Below are positions 59,553 through 64,000 of a stretch of 64,000 nt of DNA, in pieces. The first letter of the stretch is position 1. Each line of letters begins with the position of its first letter. The notes below the pieces were generated by a model. That model saw only the letters and a list, made by a program, of their open reading frames with translations. It made no database searches and was not told the DNA's origin. The stretch lies in assembly GCF_009914755.1 (NCBI RefSeq), contig NC_060930.1; one strand, given 5' to 3'. The DNA is from the human T2T-CHM13v2.0 reference genome, Homo sapiens. The translations under genes and the position numbers were made by a program.

Positions 59553-62500
59553 TCACCAGGAGACTGAGCTGTGCCCAGCTCTGTACTTCCTCTTTTTGAA
59601 TAGGTGTTCTTCCTCCTTTTCTAGTCCTATCTTTGGGAGCTAGGCACTGCATTTATCTCCTTTTTAATTTGATATCTCACCTTTTACACATCAGTCACAT
59701 TAATTACACAAATGGACTGTTTATGAGGATCCCCAGGGAGTCCGATTCTCCAAGGCTCTTTTGCCTTGGGTGCAGAAGGTTTAACTAACGTGGCTTGAGT
59801 ACTTAGATTGGATGGATGGGAGCCGATTCCCTAGAACAGTCTGAAAAAATAAAATCGGATGTTTTTAAAATATCCAGGGAAAGATCCAGAGTAGATGGAC
59901 AAATTCACTTAAACTTTAAATGGTAAAATGGAAGTATTGTGCAGATATTTCAGTGGTCTTTAGAATCTCCTACATTGCCTAGTCCAATTGTTTACACACA
60001 TTAGGGGCTTCATTAACATTTGCGTGTACATGAGTGAGTTGTTGGAGGAATTTTTATCCCTTCTGCTTCCGTTATTAGTGTTTGTCTTTTAAAAAGAAGA
60101 GTAAAAGGAATGGTTTGTTAGGGTAGTCGGGACAAATTACCAAGGCACCAAGAGGCACTCCTACACTCCTGCCGCCCTAAGCACTTAGGGGACGTCCTCC
60201 AAATCAGACGAGTCAGCAGGCCTGTGCTCCTGCGCCATGTCCCTGCTGTACGTGCACATGTCCTTTTAAGTGAAGTCAATATATTCCTCTTCACAGCTGC
60301 ATCCCAGTGCTCAAGGGAACTTCTTGAGAGTAAGAACCAAGACATTTCGTCCTAGTTTTTCTACTACCTGCCACATGGTAGGCGGCCACTAAACTGTGGA
60401 GTGGATGAAAGCATTTTCTTCCGTGATGGTTCATCTTAAATGTCTTTTGATAATTAGCATTTTATTGAAAATTATATTGTTTTATCTGAGCAAAATCTAC
60501 TTAAAGGGTTCATTGAACTTCAACAACAAGTGAAATAATAAAAGAACCCACACGATGCACACGGTGGCTTGCCAGGGCTTGGGTGCCGGAGGGAGGAGAC
60601 AGCTTCTGTGTCCTTTCTCACCAGCAGTCTCTGGCCCCAGTGGAGCCCCAGGCTCACCTCCCCTCTCCCGCTTTGTGTGCTCGGCCCCTGCAGCTGGAGT
60701 CTGCTTTACTTGATTCATGTTACTTGGTGTCCACACAGTTGCTGGCTCCTGAGTATCTTCCGTGGCTTCTGAGTTCCTGAAACACATTTTCCTCAGGTTT
60801 TGAGGCATCTTTTTAAAGCTTGCTTTTAGTTTCGGATTCACTCTATGTCCCATGCCATACACCCATCAGCCGTCTGCCTGGGAGAGTTTCTGGAAGCTCC
60901 ATGCCTCTTCATAGGCACGTTGCCATGTACCACATGGCAGGCAGGTGTGACTGGAGCTTGGCATTGCAGAGCCCCTGACTTCCAGGAGCTCAGAGCCTGG
61001 CAGAATGGATATTCAAGAAAGAGCCCTCGTTTCTGATGATAGGGTCTGTTTGAAAAGCATTGTGGTTGACAGAGCCATGCCACGCTGTCTGCAGACCAGA
61101 GGCCGGGCCCCTCGCAGTGTTGAAAGTTCAGCCCTGCCATTGTGGGTAGTGCTCCCTAAGGCAAGGGCAGATGCCAGACTATTGTTAAGAAGATTATACT
61201 AAACTGATCCTTGTACAGCCCTGCTTCTCGTGGAGTGATGACACCGAATGAATGAGATAAACTGTCTCTTTTTAAAAAGTAATTACCCCGATATAGTGAA
61301 TACCCATCTCCTCCAGTGATATGGACCTGATGTAATTGGCTCTCAGTCTAGGATCATAAATGGCATCTGCCAAGGCATCCTTAATAGGAAATATTAAGAA
61401 AACATTTTAAAGCTTATCTCCAAAGTGTTTGTTACTGCAGGTTATTTTCTGGACGATGTATTTGCTCTTCCGAGCAAGTGGATTTGATGCTCAATTCTTC
61501 CATTCACTGCGCCCCTCCCTGCCCTGGCTTTTGGGAAGATAACATTTCACAATCAGGTTTATTTATGATAACATCTGGTCTGTCCTCCCTACTTTATTAT
61601 TTAAGACTTGTTTGTGCTTAAAAAGAACTTTTTTTAATGGGAACACACTAGGTTCTCAAATATACTTTCAGCCCAGTTACCTCAGTCATAGTCATCTCTC
61701 ATTTCTGTCTGCAGTTTAAGTTCTTATTTATGTCTGTGCAGTAAGGAGAGGGAGCGTGTTGCCAGGAGAAAAGCTGTAAACGGCTTTGGGCCTCATCGTA
61801 CAGCTACAGGTTGTACTTAGGACCCGTGTTAGCCACTTAGACTACAGCTGTGCACTGTGTCCCCCTCATCCCCACCCCGACCTCCAGCTGAGAAATAATT
61901 ATCACAGAGTCCATGCACTGAAATGGAGGTGTTTAATCACAAGAACACCTCCGCAGTGCCTGTGTGATCGGCCGTCCCTATGTGAGCTGCTGATCTCAGA
62001 GACAGCATTAGGATGGCGACCACTGCCCCAGACGGCCCAGTGCTCTACCCCTAGCGTGATCTGAACTGCTGAAGTCAGAGAAGTCCACGTTGGATAAACA
62101 AAGCCAGCCCAGTAGTAACCTGGCTGTCACAGTGACCGTGTGTCCGTCTTACTGAACCTGGGTTTACGTGACTAGGATGCTGACACAAGTGAGTTTGCGC
62201 ATGGCTTGCTGTTCTCTTCAACCCTCTCCAGCCTGAATAGGAATGTTAAACCCACTCAGGAATTCTCGTTGGTCTAAAGGACTGTGTTCATTGGTCTTTG
62301 ACACTCCGTCAACCAACTTAGCGGGGTTGACCTGAGCCTTCGGACACGATGTGCCTGTGGGTGCCTGCCTCTCCTCCCACGAGACAGACCTGAACTGTCT
62401 CCTCAGCTGCTCAGCTGATTGTGAGAAATGTATTCTGTGACAAAGGCAGGCCACATTTCAGCGTCTTTTCTGAAGTGGCATGCTTAATTCCGCAGGGGCA

Positions 62501-62743
62501 GTGGGGGGATATTTAGAAGCAGTCGGTGGGAGAGGATGAACTGCTGAGTTTGAAGTAGTGAAAGGGGAAATCAGTCATAAAATTCATGTTTGAGAATTAC
62601 ACCAGTGAAGCCGTTGACTGCCTGGGTCAGAGCCGAAGGGCCATGTTTAGTGGCTGGGAGCCACTCGCCCCCAGCACTGGCTTTCTGCATGCTGCACGCC
62701 TCTTATGTCAAGTCTTTGCCTCCATTTTTGTAGGACCTCTTCT

Positions 62744-62926
62744 TTTTCATTTTTTTTAGTTTTATTTGTTCCCCTTTTTATTTTATTTATTTTTCATTTG
62801 TTTAAATGTATGGGGTACAAGTGCACATTTGTAACATGCATAGATTGCATAGGGATCAAGTCAGGGCTTTTAGGGGATCCCTCACCCACATAAACATACA
62901 TTTCACCAATTGAGTAATTTCTTACA
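62744..62926 (-). mobile_element. Very short L1MA/L1PB 3' end with TSD TAGGACCT
   Basis: tatggggtacaagtgc...gtcagggcttttaggg; TAGGACCT at 62731 and 62927. Confidence 0.75.
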
Positions 62927-64000
62927 TAGGACCTTTCTACTGTCAACAGTAATTGTGGGAATTGTTTCTACAGTGATTTAAGCCTTGAAAGAAGTAACTT
63001 CCTCCTAGTAAAATTGTAAAATCAAATGGTAAGATGACGTGGTCTCTAAGGAGGAGTGTCTACAGCTTTAATTACTACACTGCTAATGGTGAGAGGGTTG
63101 TACATTTTATCTGGTAAGAGAAAGTCTGCCTCTCCCATGGGCGGATGATATGACTTTTATTGAATGGAAAACCGGATGGAGATTATTTTTCATCTTGCTA
63201 ATGTAGTTTTAAATTATGTATTCCATGTTCACATTGTAATTGTAGCATTTTCTTGCATGACACTTTCAGCAAAGTTTGGTAGCTGTTTCCCATGCTTGGC
63301 ATTACCTCTAAAGGTGAAGTAACATAAGAATTGTATAGGAATACCATGAGAGCATAACGTGAGCATTATCAGCTAGGTGAGTGCGGAAGATCACACTGTT
63401 TAATTGCTGGATTGCCAGCTTCTGACCCTTCTCTGGGAGTGCGGCTGCCTCTGTACCTGCTTCATGACAGTACAAGCGTGAAGGCCACAGGAGAAAAAGA
63501 ACAGGACCACACAGCCCAGACCAGCCTTGGAAGGCATGACATTGCGTACAGAGTGTATCGGTTGCTTCTGATTTCCGTGATTTGAACCACTCTTTTATTA
63601 TGGACTTCAAAGGGAAAGTAAGCATAAGTTTAACTTCTGTGCTTTGGTTTTTCAGATAAACCTTATCTGATGGGACAAAAATTCTAAAACTATGGCAGCT
63701 ATCAAAATTGTCACAGCTTTATAACAGCAAACCAAGAGGAAGAGTGGTGTAAAAATAGACTCAGTCTGAGTTTTGGTTTGGTTTCGTTTTATCTGGGGGA
63801 GAAGGAGGTTGCCCTAGTAAAATTTCTACTTGCAAAGTCTTCCACGTGCCATTTTTTCTGTTAATATGTTCTCAGTGAGTGGTCTAAACTAAATGTATTG
63901 TGTTCTATTAATCACTGTTTACAGAAATTTGCCATTTAGGAATGTATATTGTGCAGTCTAATGTGTGCATTTCCCAGTTTTCACAAGGGGTTTTCTCATG

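Overview
Primate (very probably human, 6p25.1) genomic DNA from inside the CDYL gene, on the + strand. The only protein-coding sequence I can support is one large 667-nt internal exon (48664-49330). It encodes most of the chromodomain plus the hinge. The rest is intron, densely filled with L1, Alu, LTR/ERV, DNA-transposon and simple repeats. The most interesting structure is RNA-level. This exon matches, from recall, the known abundant circular RNA circCDYL, and the window shows a plausible cis-architecture for it: (1) all 9 upstream Alus are antisense while 4 of 5 downstream Alus are sense, and the nearest inverted pair brackets the exon; (2) a ~112-nt AG-free zone precedes the acceptor; (3) the back-splice junction itself creates a stop codon, closing a 99-codon ATG ORF and a 228-codon CUG-led ORF longer than the circle. 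Other notable items: an LTR10 solo LTR with an AP-1/E-box tandem array; an LTR40-type class III provirus with a fossil env TM; a MaLR LTR flanked by both internal ends; a hAT transposase fossil; a ~780-bp alternating purine-pyrimidine tract with embedded minisatellites; and a candidate alternative first exon. I find no evidence for a wholly new gene system. Repeat subfamily names come from recalled consensus sequences, and repeat boundaries are approximate.
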